NCBI RefSeq assembly: GCF_004010195.1
Contig: NC_057719.1
Location: 58,091,823 to 58,155,822 of the forward strand
Source of the DNA: Chiloscyllium plagiosum
Lineage: Eukaryota
Direction of reading: 5' to 3'
DNA length: 64,000 bases
Position 1 is the first letter of the stretch. Every line of letters begins with the position of its first letter. The translations under genes were made by a program, and so were the position numbers. Shown piece by piece: positions 36,418-50,540 of the stretch. The notes beneath the pieces are model-generated. The model saw only the letters and a program-made list of their open reading frames with translations, did not search any database and was not told the DNA's origin.

Positions 36418-37035
36418 ATGAGGTTGTCCATTTTGGAAGGACAAATAAGAATGCAGAATACAGGGTTAACGGTAGGGTTCTCTTAATAAGGTGAAGGAGC
36501 AGAGGGATCTTGGGGTCTATGTTCATAGATCTTTGAAAGTTGCCACTCAGTTGGATAGAGCTTGTAAGAAGGTCTATGGTGTATTAGCGTTCATTAGCAG
36601 AGGGATTGAATTCAAGAGTCGTGAAGTTATGTTTCAACTGTACAGGACTTTGATTAGGCCACATTTGGAGTACTGTGTCCAAATGGTCGCCTCACTTCAG
36701 GAAAGATGTGGAAGCTTTGGAGAGGGTGCAGAGAAGATTTACCAGGATGTTGCCTGGAATGGAGAATAGGTTGAGAGTGCAAGGCCTTTTCTCATTAGAA
36801 CGGCGAAGGATGAGGGGTGACTTGATAGAGGTTTATAAGATGATCAGAGGAATAGATAGAGTAGACAGTCAGAAACTTTTTCCCCGGGTACAACAGAGTG
36901 TAAAAGGGGACATAAATTTAAGGTGAAGGGTGGAAGGTATAGGGGGCATGTCAGAGGTAGGTTCTTTATCCAGAAAGTGGTGGGGGCATGGAATGCGCCT
37001 GCCTGTGGGAGTGGCAGAGTCAGAATCATTGGTGA
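36418..37035 (+). mobile_element. CR1 ORF2 C-terminal fragment
   Basis: QRDLGVYVHRSLKV, LYRTLIRPHLEYCVQ, RMRGDLIEVYK. Confidence 0.9.
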
Positions 37036-38784
37036 CCGCTTTTGCACAATGTCTCCTCAAATGTAATCTCAGATAAATCACTGGAATTTAGAACGTCATA
37101 ACTCACCTGATCTGCAAATGTCCAAAATCATCCCAAGTCAGAATATAGAATACGTTATCATTGGGTGTGGCAAGTACAGTAATGAAAACAAAACAAAACT
37201 TATTTAGAAGTCAGTTCAGAAAAACACAGTCTAACATTAACTTGAAACATATTTGAAGTATAATTACAACCACTTTAAGTAAAAGATTATTTATCTGTGA
37301 TTCATCAAACCCTTGTAATCTTCATGGGAAACTGCTGCTGTTGATTCTCAGTAAATGCTACCAAAGAATACAAAATCTACAGTATTCATGGTTTAATGGA
37401 AGATTATATTTCATGACTGAAGTTAAAACAAAACCTCACATTTGAATTCAGATGTACATTTGATTGTGACATTATCTATTGCTTTTTATAGGAACTTGAA
37501 GCAACAAATTAGTTTTCTGGACCTCAGATTTATATCAATATTTAAAAGAAAAATAACAAGACATAGTTCTTACAAAGCCAAAAGCAAATTGTCATCAACA
37601 CATTTTTATTAGGTGCTCAAGGACTGAATTTCTTCAACCTCTTGAGTTTATGCAGTCTGAGAAATATTCCAGCATTAGGAATTGAACTCCTTCCATGGCT
37701 CAGAGGCAATAATTTGTTACAAGAAAAAGGGTCATATGTCTGCGTTATCATTTTTAAGAATCGAAAAACTACATGAGAAGGCAGAATGTTTAAATATAGG
37801 CATAATTACTGCAATCATTTTTCTTTGGTTTCCTCCAGACAATCCCATCTTTTAGTGTTGGTAAAACCTGACAGTTGCATGACAAGGAATGTTTCCCTTT
37901 GTAAAAGCCAACTTCCTTTCTGTGTAGTTTTAGCCTAATTGAAATGTTTCCTATTGAGCTCAATCAAGACAGCAATTATCTAATTACTCACTTATGCTTT
38001 TTCAGCCAAAAAATGCCTAGTCAAGCATACTGGAAGCACCAGACAAAGGTTTTTTTTTATTGGCAGAGGTGGGGGGCAGGGGAAAGTGGCGTTGTTACTA
38101 TTGATGTCTAAAAAAAATTTGTCTGGTTCTGTGCTTATAGTTCTGAACATTTAGTTCAGGATCCTTTTCTTAATTGTACCAAAAAGAGCATTACGTTAAG
38201 ATATGTATGGATTCCATATTTATGCACATACAACCAAATAAGAAGAATGACTAAATAATCCTTTTCAAAAACTCATGAACAATAACTTAATCCGAGAGTT
38301 AAGATAAATAGTAAAGACAACTATGGTAGCATATGTTCTTCAACGAAAATCCTAATCAACCTCCCACAAACATGTAATTACTTTCTGATGTGTACTAGTT
38401 ATATGCTATAGTTGGGAAAACTGTGCTTCTGATGGTTCTACTAGTATTAGAAAAAAACTGAAACAAATCCCCATCCCAAATTGATAGATTATAATCTCCA
38501 AATCATGTCAGTATTCCTAAATTGACAATTACATAATGTCTAAATATCTTATGCAGATAAAACTGTGATTCTCTACAGTCCATTTTATGCAATCATGCAT
38601 GTGGTATGTGAGCACTGAGACAGGTTGATACTTTGATTTTTAAAAAAAATAATGACCAATATTAGGTGACAAACAATACCACAGTGACAATTAACTTCAG
38701 TGCTACAACACATATCAAGGGATAGCTTCATCTCATCATTCCTTAGTGGTGAGTACCCAGCTAAAGAACAAAAGAAATAACAGG

Positions 38785-38950
38785 AGTCAGTTGGCTGGAT
38801 GGCTGGTTTGCGATGCAGAGTGACACCAACAAGTTCAATACCTGCACCAACTGAGGTTATCATGAAGATCCTGCCTTCTCAGCTTCACCCTTTGCCTGTG
38901 GTGTGATGACCATCAGAATAAACTCACCACCAACTGTTTCTCTTTAGTGG
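38785..38950 (+). mobile_element. tRNA-derived SINE (family B), decayed
   Basis: Aligns to the reverse complement of 11829-12046. Confidence 0.7.
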
Positions 38951-39169
38951 AAAAAAAATAAGAAACAGGAGCAGAGAAGACCATATGGCCCATCAAGTCT
39001 GTTTGGCCATTCAATATGATCATATCTCAGCTCCACTTTCCATTACATTTCCCATATCCTCATTGTGCCATTAAGGAAAAACATAGGAGTAAAGATAAAA
39101 GCTCCATGACAGCAAAACAGAGGTTAAAAACATATCCTTTAATAGCCTATACATACTCAACATCAAGAG

Positions 39170-41110
39170 TTTGCCACTGGAAAAGCACAGCAGGTCAGGC
39201 AGGAGCAGGAGAATCAATGTTTTAGGCAAACACCCTCACCAGGAATGAGGCTTGTGAGCCAAGGGGGTGGTGAGATAAATGGGAGGGGAGTGGGGCTGAC
39301 TGAAAGGTAGTTGAGAGTGCGATAGGTAGATGAAGGTGAGGATAATGGTGATAGGTCAGAGAGGAGGGTGGAGTGGATCGTTGGGACAGAAGATGAACAG
39401 GTAGGACAGGTCATGAGGGCGGTGCTGATTTGGAAGGTTAAACCTGGGATAAGGTGGACAAAGGGGAAATGGGGAAACTGGTGAAATCCACATTGATCCT
39501 TGCCTCACAAACCTTATTAAGGTCTTTGAGAAGGTGACCAAACAGGTTGATGAGAGTAAATTGGTTGATGTGGTGTATATGGATTTCAGCAAGGCGTTTG
39601 ATAAGGTTCCCCACAGTACAAAATGCGGAGGAATGGGATTGTGGGAGATATAGCAGTTTAGATCAGTAATTGGCTTGCTGAAAGAAGACAGAGGGTGGTG
39701 GTTGATGGGAAATGTTCATCCTGGAGTCCAGTTACTAGTGGTGTACCGCAAGGGTCAGTGTTGGGTCTACCGCTGTTCGTCATTTTTATAAATGACCTGG
39801 ATGAGGGCGTAGAAGGGTGGGTTAGTAAATTTGCAGACGACACTAAGGTCGGCGGAGTTGTGGATAGTGACGAAGGATGTAGTAGGTTACAGAGAGACAT
39901 AGATAAGCTGCAGAGCTGGGCTGAGAGGTGGCAAATGGAGTTTAATGCGGACAAGTGTGAGGTGATTCACTTTGGTCAGAGTAACCGGAATGCAAAGTAC
40001 TGGGCTAATGGTAAGATTCTTGGCAGTGTAGATGAGCAGAGAGATCTTGGTGTCCAGGTACACAGATCCTTGAAAGTTGCCACCCAAGTTGACAGGGTTG
40101 TTAAGAAAGCATACAGTGTTTTAGCTTTTATTAATCGAGGGATCGAGTTCCGGAACCATGAGGTTATGCTACAGCTGTACAAAACTCTAGTGCGGCTGCA
40201 CGTGGAGTATTGCATACAGTTCTGGTCACCGCATTATAAGAAGGATGTGGAAGCTTTGGAAAGGGTGCAGAGGAGATTTAGCAGGATGTTGCCTGGTATG
40301 GAGGGAAGGTCTTACGAGGAAAGGCTGAGGGACTTGAGGCTGTTTTCGTTAGAGAGAAGGTTGAGAGGTGACTTAATAGAGACAAATAAGATAATCCGTG
40401 GGTTAGATAGGGTGGACAGAGAGAGCCTTTTTCCAACAATGGTGACGGCGATCACGAGGGGGCATAGCTTTAAATTGAGGGGTGATAGATATAGGACAGA
40501 TGTCAGAGGTAGTTTCTTTACTCAGGGAGTAGTAAGGGTATGGAATGCTTCGCCTGCAACGGTAGTGGATTTGCCAACTTTAAGTACATTTAAGTCGTCA
40601 TTGGACAAGCATATGGATGTACATGGAATAGTGTAGGTTAGATGCGCTTCAGATTGGTATGACAGGTCGGTGCAACATCGAGGGCCAAAGGGCCTGTACT
40701 GCGCTGCAATGTTCTATGTTCTATGATCCAGTGTGGGTGGAGGGTCTCAAGGCGGAAGATGAGGCGTTCTTCCTCCAGGCGTCAGGTGGTTAGAGTTTGG
40801 CGATGGAGGAGGTCCAGGACCTGTATGGCAGAGTGGGAGGGGGAGTCGAAGTGTTTGGCCACGGGGCAGTGGGGTTGGTTGGTGTGGGTGTCCCAGAAAT
40901 GTTCTCTGAAACATTCTGCAAGTAGGTATCCTGTCTCAAGCAGAGGAGACTGCTGTGTAAGCAACGGATACAGTAAATGATGTGTGGAAGTGTAGGTATT
41001 GGTGTGAAGGCTCCTTTGGGGCATTGGATAGAGATGAGGGGGCAGGTGTGAGCGCAGGTTTTGCAATTCCTGAGGTGGCAGGGGACGGTGCCGAGAGGGT
41101 AGGGTGGGTT
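39170..41110 (-). mobile_element. PLE 3' portion (GIY-YIG region plus terminal module), split by a CR1
   Basis: GTVPCHLRNCKTCAH, HIIYCIRC, FREH, PVAKHFDSPSHS at 40730-41100; C-rich UTR and degenerate hammerhead tail at 39175-39499. Confidence 0.88.
39500..40725 (+). mobile_element. Young 5'-truncated CR1 with a 313-codon open RT C-terminus
   Basis: ORF 39695-40636 (SGVPQGSVLG, FINDLD, KFADDTK); (TTCTATG)2 tail; TGATCC at both junctions. Confidence 0.95.
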
Positions 41111-41119
41111 TAATAACTT

Positions 41120-42320
41120 TAAACATGGCAAAGCTTGGTATGAAAGAGCCCTAGCAAAATAGAAGTCAATGGAAATCAGGGGGAATACACTTCACTGATT
41201 GAATTATACTCTTTATAACAAAACATGCCTTTGGCTGTTGGAGATCAAGGCACCTGAAGAAGGGCCTGTGCCCGAAACGTCGAATCTCCTGTTCCCTTGA
41301 TGCTGCCTGACCTGCTGTGCTGTTCCAGCAATAAAGTTTCAACTTTGATCTCCAGCATCTGCAGACCTCACTTTCTCCTGTTGGAGATCAACCATCTCAG
41401 CTCCAGGACATCTCTGCAGGAGTTCCTCAGAGTAATGTCCTCGGCTCAATCACCTTCAGCTGCAGCATCAATGGCCTTCCCTCCATCAAAAAGTTAGAAG
41501 TGGCGATGGGCAATAATGATTGCCCAATACTAAGCACCATTTGCAACTCCTCAGATACTGAAGCAGTCAGTGTTCAGTGACAAAATCCAAGCTTGAGCCG
41601 ATACGTACAAAGTGACACACAAGCCACTAAAGTGCCAGGCAATGGTTGTCTCCAACAAGCAAACTTCTAACCATATTTCCTTGATTTTCAATGACATTAC
41701 TGTTGTTCAATCACCCAATTATTAACTTTTCATGAGTGACTAATGGCCAGAAACTGAACTGATCCAGCCATGTAAGTAATGTAGTTACAGAACAGGTCAG
41801 AGTTTAAGAATTCTGCAGTGAGTAACTCACTTGCTGTTTCAGCAAAATCAGTCTATCACCCACCAGGCACAAATCTGCAGCGTGATGGAATACTCTCTAC
41901 CCACCTGCATGGTTGCAGTTCAACATCATTGATGACAATCCAACTGACTTGGCACCTCATCCATTGCTTTCAATTTTCAGTCCTCCACCATTGATACACA
42001 ATGGCAGCAATATATACCATAAACAAGATGCACTGCAGATACTCACCAAGGCACCTTTGGCAGCAGCTTCCAAAGCTGAAATCTCCACCATCTAGAAGGA
42101 CAACAGCACTGGATACATGGAATGTCACCACCTGCAAATTCCTCTCCAAGCCACACACCATCATATCTTGAAGCTATAATATTGTTCCTTCTTGATGGCT
42201 CAGTCAAAATCCTGGAACTCCCACCATAACATTGTGGATGTAGCTATGCACCAAGAACTGCAGTGATTCTAGACTGCAACTCACCACTACCTTCGCAATA
42301 AATTGTAGCCTAGCCAGTCA
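41120..42320 (+). mobile_element. Second CR1-clade LINE family, decayed RT and 3' end
   Basis: ALAK.KSM.IRG, GCAGGAGTTCCTCAGAGTAATGTCCTCGG (GVPQ.SVLG-like), INGLP; 3' end GCAATAAAT..GCCTAGCCAG. Confidence 0.8.
41249..41377 (+). mobile_element. 129-bp hammerhead-bearing PLE mini-element
   Basis: 14-bp TSD CTGTTGGAGATCAA (41235-41248, 41378-41391); intact core at 41254-41281; only 2 differences seen versus 27610-27734. Confidence 0.9.
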
Positions 42321-44407
42321 AAAGCTTATGGTGCAAATAGAACATAAAAGGCCAGTGATGATGATGAACTAGTTGCTTATGAATAAATTAGGAATTATGG
42401 AGAAAGCAGTTGCAGGTTGGTTTAATACTTAGCCACTTTAAAAAAATAAGTTTTCAGTTTCTTTAGCATTCATTCATCTCAGATGTTTCAAAAACAAATG
42501 CTTTCATGAGAATTACAAACATTTTCAATAACAGACTGTAGTTATGATATACTTCCTGAGATTCAGCAATCTGTAATATAGTTTCATCTTAATTTGGATT
42601 TTTTTTTTAAAACAGATGTGGATACAGCTGGAATTGAGCAGTTTAGTACCAGTGAACAGCGCTGCAAAATCAATATAACTCATTTATATATACGTTATAC
42701 ATCAGTGGAAGAAATTGAACAATGCACCAACAATGAAAATAGAGGACCTTATTATTATGATTTGCCTTATTCTTTCTCCATCCAATAAAAGAAACTAAAA
42801 TATTGATTGATAATAGCAATATTTTGTAGTTAAGAAAGTAAGCCTTAATGTATTACATTTTTACCACAATATATTGAATGTGAAAGCTTATACGGAAATA
42901 ATAATATGTTCGTTTCTGTGTAGCATAATATAGAGCTAACTATGTTAATTTGTGCCAAGATCTGTAAATAGTTGACCATGACCTATTTCTGAATTAGAAA
43001 AAGAGTCAAAGTTGATCATTTCCCATGAATAAGTCAATGAGATTGTGGTTGACTTTAATCTTTACACTGATAGTATAATTAATTAAATCTTTTAAAAAAA
43101 CACACCTAAGCCTTGAAAACAGGCCTGTGAAACAATGATCTGGAAATTGAAAGGGACAGGTAGTTTATAACATTCTAATATTTCACTAAAATCACTGCGG
43201 CAGATCAATATTGGAGCTGTTATCAGTTTCAATTAGGCAACAGGCAAGCACACTGTAGTCGAGTCATTATAGATTTGATGCAAACTCTTGAGTGAAATGT
43301 TATCCCTTAGGCAACATATCTTAAGGCAGAAATTACTAATAACATGATTATAATGCTAACAATCTGCCAAGTTAAAACCATTAGTTTTAAGTCCCCATCA
43401 CTTAACAGAATAACAAATTAAAAGCAGAAATACTTTTTCTCCTTCATGCATCTTAGTAATGATTCACGTGACATTAGCATAATACACATGGAAATCTTAT
43501 GTACTATTTTGATAGGAAATGGCACGTTACATTATGTATCTCAGCAGTATTTGATTATTTGACTAGATCTAAGTCGGCAGTTATCCTGTACTAATATTGA
43601 AAACAACCTTACAAGTAATGGCCTGGAAATAAAAAGTGCTACAAAGACATATGAAATTTCTGTTTTGCAATTATCAGCACCAACTGAGAAAGGCAGCAAC
43701 AGTTTATACAGTTTGAAGACAGGGTGTTGATTGGTGTAAAGGTGCAGTAGAAACTGTTAACTGTCTTAGTTAACTGATTAAATTCAAACCAAGCAAAGTA
43801 GATCTGATTAGTGCAGGCATTTCCATAAGGATTCAGCAGCAAGTAACTTTCTCCATAGTCCTTCCCTCAGTAAATAATATGTAATCTGTGGACATAATCT
43901 TTTATGTTTTGAAAGAAGAGTGCCCTATGTATAAATAAATATTGCTTTTAGGGGCACAGGTGAATTAACTGCAAGCCTGATTCATTACGTAAACGTTTTT
44001 TCTCGTGTATTTCTTAATATGGCTAGAAATCTTTGGGAAATATTTTGCCATTGCAGAATATCTAATGCTGGACACTATGTTCTGAGTTTTGCAAGAAATG
44101 GCTTTTGGAACATGGTTTACCTGCTGAGGATAGTCAAAGGGCTGTAGTGTTTGATATGGTTGACCAGTTGTTGGGATCGATGGCATACATTTGTCATCAT
44201 TTCTGCACAAACTCCTGCACCACATTGTTTAGTTCCCTCTTCTCAAGTTGTACAAATTGTTGCTTTCTTTCCAATATCTTTTTCATGCATTTCAGTCCTG
44301 ATGAGCATAAAACAAAAATCTTCAACTTCATGTCTCATTTAAACAACATCTACTGTTGCGACCACACATTAAGGCTCATATTCTACCATGCTTACAACTA
44401 CCCGCAA

Positions 44408-45442
44408 CATAGAGTCATAGAGATGTACAGCATGGAAACAGACCCTTCGGTCCAACACATCCATGCCGACCAGATATCCCAATCCAATCTAGTCCTACCT
44501 GCCAGCACCCGGCCCTTATCCTTCCAAACCCTTCCTAATCATATACCCATCCAAATACATCTTAAATGTTGCAATTGTACCAGCCTCCACCACTTCCTCT
44601 GGCAGCTCATTCCATACACGTACCACCGTCTATGCGAAAAAGCTGCCCCTTGGGACTCTTTTATATCTTTCCCCTCTCACCCTAAACCTGTGCCCTCCAG
44701 TTCTGGACTCCATACCCCAGGGAAAAGACTTTGTCCATTTACCCTATTCATGCCCCTCATAATTTTGTAAACCTCTATAAGGTCACCCCTCAGCCTCCAA
44801 TGCTCCAGGGAAAACAGCCCCAGCCTGTTCAGCCTCTCCCTATAGCTCAAATCCTCCAACTCTGGCAATATCCTTGTAAATCTTTTTTGAACCTTTTCAA
44901 GTTTCACAACATCTTTCCGATAGAAAGGAGACCAGAATCGCACACAATATTCCAACAGTGGCTGAACCAATGTCCTGTACAGCCGCAACATGACCTCCCA
45001 ACTCCTGTACTCAATACTCTGACCAATAAAAGAAAGCATACCAAACGCCTTCTTCACTATCCTATCTACCTGCGACTTTCAAGGAGCTATGAACCTCCAC
45101 TCCAAGGTGTCTTTGTTCAGCAGCACTCTCTAGGACCTTACCATTAAGTGTATAAGTTCTGCTACGATTTGCTTTCCCAAAATGCAGCACGTCACATTTA
45201 TCTGAATTAAACTCCATCTGCCACTTCTCAGCCCATTGGCCCATCTCGTAAAGATCCTGCTGTAATCTGAGGTAACCCTCTTCACTGTCCACTACACCTT
45301 GAATTTTGGCATCATCTGCAAACTTACTAACTGTACCTCTTATGCTCGCATCCAAATCATTTATGTAAATGACAAAAAGTATCAGACCCAGTACCGATCC
45401 TTGTGGCACTCCACTGGTCACAGGCCTCCAGTCTGAAAAACA
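44408..45442 (-). mobile_element. 5'-truncated CR1 LINE
   Basis: Minus-strand ORFs 45062-45421 and 44677-45057 carry RT motifs; CTCTATGA tail. Confidence 0.93.
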
Positions 45443-45979
45443 TCTTCATTCGTTTTCTGTCATACACGCAAACACACTCATGCCCACCTCTAATTCTGCA
45501 TGCCCTATGTGATGCATCGGGAGACCTCCACATTTGCGCCAAAATGAACAGCTGTGCCACCCACAGCTTTAATACTTGCCTTTCTCTCATTTCAGGAGAG
45601 AAATATCTCAATGATACAGAAGAATAAAGATGGGTGTTGGACTTCCTGACTTTCAGCTTCTTGTCCATAATGAGGAGTGAACTCTGGGCTGAAGCTTAAA
45701 TTTTTTTTGACTGTCCCAATTGTGTTAATTTTTGGAGGGCTTTTCACTGTGGGTCTTGTAGGTTCTCAGGCCGTATCTTTCTAAATCTGTCTCATTAACT
45801 ATGCACCACATCCCATGGCATCTCTGACATCTAATTCCCAGATCAACTTGTCACTAAGTGGACATCTGCTGAAAGATTGTCATCCCCATGCACCATCTTA
45901 AAAGGCTGCTGTGCATCCGAAGAAGCACTGACATTTCAAAGCTGCCAAAAACATTTCTACCAGATGTCGGAGAAGGGAA

Positions 45980-47280
45980 GATGGCATCACAGTTCACAGT
46001 CCTACTCAAAGAATAAGTGCAAAGGAGAGGAGTCATCTTCCTGAAGGACTGGCAGCGAAGGTCATGATACCAGACTCCAGCAACCTGTTCAAAGGTCACC
46101 AACTGGGTCATTGCATGACTCGTGTGCGGAGGAATTGCCATCAGTGCCGTAAGAAGGTCAGTGATCTTCTCCACTATGCTAGGATAAATGCCACATTCTT
46201 CCCTCTGCTATCTCATATTCAATCTCTCTCCACTGCTTCACCCACCTTCCACCAAGGTTCATGGTCTGCCACTCTCACTGTTGCCTGCAACATCCTCATT
46301 CACTCAAACTCATCCCCTACAACTTCCCACAGTTCTAATCATACTTACATTATGCACAATTGCTCAATCCCTCAGGATACCTCACCAACTTTTGCCCAAC
46401 TGCAAACAGCAATGTCACCCACTTTCATTTCATTCAACACTTCCCCTTCTCTTATTACAAGACAGATCATACAGCTGAAGAGGTGCCTGACATTTGGTTC
46501 CTCACCCTTTATGAGGAAAGAATCATACTCTTACAGAAGACCCCAAACACTCCAGCAAAAATGCTGAGGCATCCATGCCCCACCCTCTCCCCCCTCTCCA
46601 ACACAATGTAAGTACTACTCTTCTTTCCACTGCAATTCTCACATGAACCTTGCTATCAGGATTATTTATTGCACACTACTTCTAATCAATAGCCTCAATG
46701 CTTTCCCTCTCTTTCATTTTGTAGTACCATCAGCATCTCCACCAGTGCTGTGGAGAAATGGCCCAGAAGCCAATCCTTGATCCTTGAGCACGACAGCATC
46801 AAGGACTTGGAGGAAATATCAGAAATGCCTCCTGCATTTCCCATGCTCCAGTCAAGAAACACCCCAGGTCACTGCCACATACCAGGCAGTTGCTCAGCCC
46901 CAGGCAAAAGAGACCCTGTCGTGTCGGCAAACAGGGACTTCAACCACGTGCAGAGGGAGGAACAGGAGCTGCATGTAGGTACATGAGACACAATGGTTAT
47001 TGTTGTCCAAAGCTGCAGCCTAGGCACTATGTCGTGCGACCATCTGGCTGCCTCCATGGAGAGCCAGATACAGTCCTCTTGGGGTCTGCTTGAGAGTTGT
47101 GCATACCTGCACTCAAGCATCCTTCAGGTCCAAAGGCATGGTGACTGTAGCAGAGGAAACCTGGTGAGCACTCCAGGTCTCTCCTTCTCACAGCAGACAG
47201 GGTATCAAGCCAGAAAATGAAGCACACACAGACTGCTCCTCATTCTCCACTCTGGACACTTCAGAGATGGTCATGCTCTG
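45980..47280 (+). pseudogene. Harbinger-associated Myb/SANT-like gene fossil (spliced)
   Basis: VIFLKDWQRR..RRNCHQCRKKVSDLLHYAR; later EVPDIWFLTLYEERII; pyrimidine tract/AG at about 46724 precedes a further coding-like segment. Confidence 0.6.
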
Positions 47281-47744
47281 CCACCCTTGGAAGTTCCAAT
47301 CATCAGGTCACTACTATTTTTGCCAACATTATAAGCCTCTTCCTTTGATCAAATACAATCTTTACCTTCTCTTGTTAAGGATTGTATCACTTTTCCTGCT
47401 GCATTTTAGTGTTTTAAAGGAATTTGAATTTGTTGTAAGGCATGTATTAATTGCTTGAATGCTTGCCATTGTTTACCTACTGTCATAACTTTTCAGGTAC
47501 TTTCGTGATCCACCATAGCCATATTTTTGAACACAGCTTGAAGCAAGTGTGAGAAATGCAGAAGACAAAGTCATGGGAAACATGCATAACTTTAGTACTG
47601 ACCTCATTTAAATATTTGGCTCCAGTTCATCAGTTAGGGAGGCTAAGAAAACATTTAAGTTACAAAAGTAAAGTTGGTTGAGAAGTTGAGCTGATTGACA
47701 GATCAGAGGTTTTCAACAGTTGCAAATTTGGAAGCTCCTGTTTC

Positions 47745-48490
47745 TTTCTGAAGTTTGTAGATAGTACACCCTGTTGATAATGGTGGAGGAAGTGAACATT
47801 TTAGATAGTGGATGGATTGCTCATGAAGTGGGTTGCTTTGTCTTGGAATGGTGTCAAACTTCTTGAATGTTGTTATTGCTGTACTCCTTCAGGCAAGTGG
47901 ATAGTGTTCCATCATATATGTAATTATACCTGATTAATGGTGGACAGGCTCTGGAGGGGTCAGCAGGGGCAGATCTCCTGACCTTTGACAGGTTCTTTAG
48001 CCACAGTATTTAGATGGTAGATCTAGTTCGGTTTCTCCAGGATGTCGAAGCAGTAATGATAATGTCATTGGATGACAAGGGGAATTAGTCAATGCCTGTT
48101 ATTTGTGTGGTATAAATGGTACCTACCATTTATCAACCCAGGACTTACAGATTTTGAATGTGGAATGCTTCAGTATCATGGAATTGTGAATGGTGCTGAA
48201 CACTGTTCAATTATTGCCAAACATCTTCACTTCTGCCCTTACTATCAAGGGAACATCATTGGTGAAGTAGCTGAAGATTGTTCGGTCTCGAGTGCTGCTC
48301 TCAGAAATTCCTGAAACAATTTCCAAGGAATTAGATAATGCACATCCAAACAATCATAACATCTTCCTTTAGCCAGGTACGATTCCAACCAGGACAAAGA
48401 TTTCTTCCAATTCCCCATTAACTTCAATTTAGCAAGAACTGCTTGATGCATTCAGCCAATTGCTGAAGTTATGTCAAGGACAACTGCTCT
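47745..48490 (-). mobile_element. Second CR1-clade LINE family RT fragment
   Basis: HQAVLAKLKLMG..LSWLESYL; homologous to 41120-41950. Confidence 0.7.
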
Positions 48491-48504
48491 CATATCATTA
48501 GAGT

Positions 48505-49335
48505 AAGTTGTGAAGAGGATGTAAGTAGTTTGCAAAGGGATTTAGATAGGTTAAGTTGATTGGGACAAAATTGGCAGGAGTATAAACGTGGACAAATGTG
48601 AACTTGTCTACTTGGCAGGAAAACTAGTAAAGTAGCACATAATTTCAACTATAGATATTGCAGTACTCTGCCATACAGAGGCATGTGAGAGTGCCCTTTT
48701 ACATGAATCCCAAAGGTTGCTTTACTGGTACAGCAAGTGTTAGGAAGATAAATACAATGTTGCCATTTATTGCAAGAAGATTGGAATATAAAAGTAGGGA
48801 AGTTTTGCTCAAGTTGCACAAGGCATTGTTGAAACTACAACTAGAGTACAGTGTACAGTTTTCATCGCCGTATTTCAGAAAGGACCCAACTACATTAGAA
48901 ACAGTTCAGAGAAGGGAGAAGGTTCACTTGAATGATTTGTGGAATAAAAGACTTGACTTATGTGCAAAGTTTAAACAAATTGTTTCTGTATCTATTGGAG
49001 TTTAAAAAAATGAAAGGTGACTGATGAAAGACATATGATCTTGAGGTTAGTGAAAAGTTTGGATTCTGAAAGGATCTTCCCCCTTGTAGAGGAGATTAGG
49101 ACTAAGGGAAACAGTTTAGAAAATAAGGGGTTTCCCATTTAATGTGGAGATGAGGAGAAATATTTTTTTTCAGGAGACTGAGAGTATGTAGTAATCTCAT
49201 TCTCAAGTAGCTATGAAACCAGGGACATTGAATATTCTTAAGGCTAAACCAGACAGATTATTGATTGTCGAGGTAGTCAAAGGATATAGGGGTAGCCAGG
49301 ACAGTGGGTTGATGTCACAATCAAATCATAAACTC
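48505..49335 (+). mobile_element. Old CR1 3' portion
   Basis: LEYKSREVLLKLHKAL..LEYSVQFSSPYFRKD. Confidence 0.8.
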
Positions 49336-49484
49336 ATATCATGCATATCACGTGATGTAATAACTTGCACCTTCACAAATCTTAGTCACATAACATGAAA
49401 ACAAACTCAAGACTGGATAGTTAAATTAATGATATTGGAAGAATCCCAGTGAACAATTGGAGAAAAAAAAATATAATTTTACAA

Positions 49485-50540
49485 ACGAACAAAGGTTCTT
49501 TTTCGGATTGGCAGCTGGTGACCAGTGGTGTCCCACAGGGTTCAGTGTTGGGGCAGCAGCATTTCACTTTATATATTAATGATCTGGTCGATGGGGGCAT
49601 TCTGGCGAAGTTCGCCAATGATACAAAGTTAGATGGACAGGCAGGTAGTTCTGAGGAGGTGGGGAGGCTACAGAAAGATTTAGACAGTTTAAGAGAATGA
49701 ATTTCATCAGCCATTTCTTGAACCAATGTAAACAAATGCAAGGGCTTGCACTTTGGAAAAAAAGAACACAGGCATGGGCTATTTTACAAATGGTAAGAAA
49801 ATTCATAAAGCCAAAGTACAAAGGGATCTGAGAGTGCTAGTACAGGATACTCTAAAGGTTGACTTCAGGTCGAGTCTGTGGTTATGAAAGCAAGTGTAAT
49901 GTTGGCATTTACCTTAAAAGGGTTGGAATGTAAAAGCAGTGATGTGCTACTGAGACTTTATAAAGCTCTGGTTAGGCCCTATTTAGAATACTGTGTCCTG
50001 TTTTGGGTCCCACACCTCAGGAAGGACATACTGGCACTGGAGCGTTTCCAGTGGAGATTCACACGGCTGATCCCTGGAATGGTAGGCCTAACATATGATA
50101 AACTGCTGAGGATCCTGGGATTGTACTCATTAGAGTTTAGAAGGTTGAGGGGAGATCTAATAGAAACTTACAAGTTAATGCATGCCTTAGAAAGGGTGGA
50201 CGCTGGGAAATTATTTCCATCAGGCAGGGATACTAAGACTAGTGGGCACAGCCTTAGAATTAGAGGGGGTCAATTTAGAACGGAAATGAGGAAACATTTC
50301 TTCAGCTAGAGAGTAATGGGCCTGTGGAATTCATTGCCATGCAGCGCAGTGGAGGCCAGGACGTTAAAAGTCTTCAAGGCAGAGATTGATAAACTCTTAA
50401 TCTCGCAAGGAATTAAGGGATACAGGGAGAGTGCGGGTAAGTGGTATTGAAATGCCCATCAGCCATGATTGAATGACGGAGTGGACTCAATGGGCTGAAT
50501 GGCCTTACTTCCGCTCCTATTTCTTATGATCTTATGGTCT
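49485..50540 (+). mobile_element. 5'-truncated CR1 LINE (different subfamily)
   Basis: SGVPQGSVLG, YINDL, KFANDTK, LYKALVRPYLEYC; TCTTATG-type tail. Confidence 0.92.

Noticed and set aside
44105..44770. 221-aa plus-strand ORF
   Set aside because: The second half is antisense CR1 3' end; a chance open frame with no recognisable domain.
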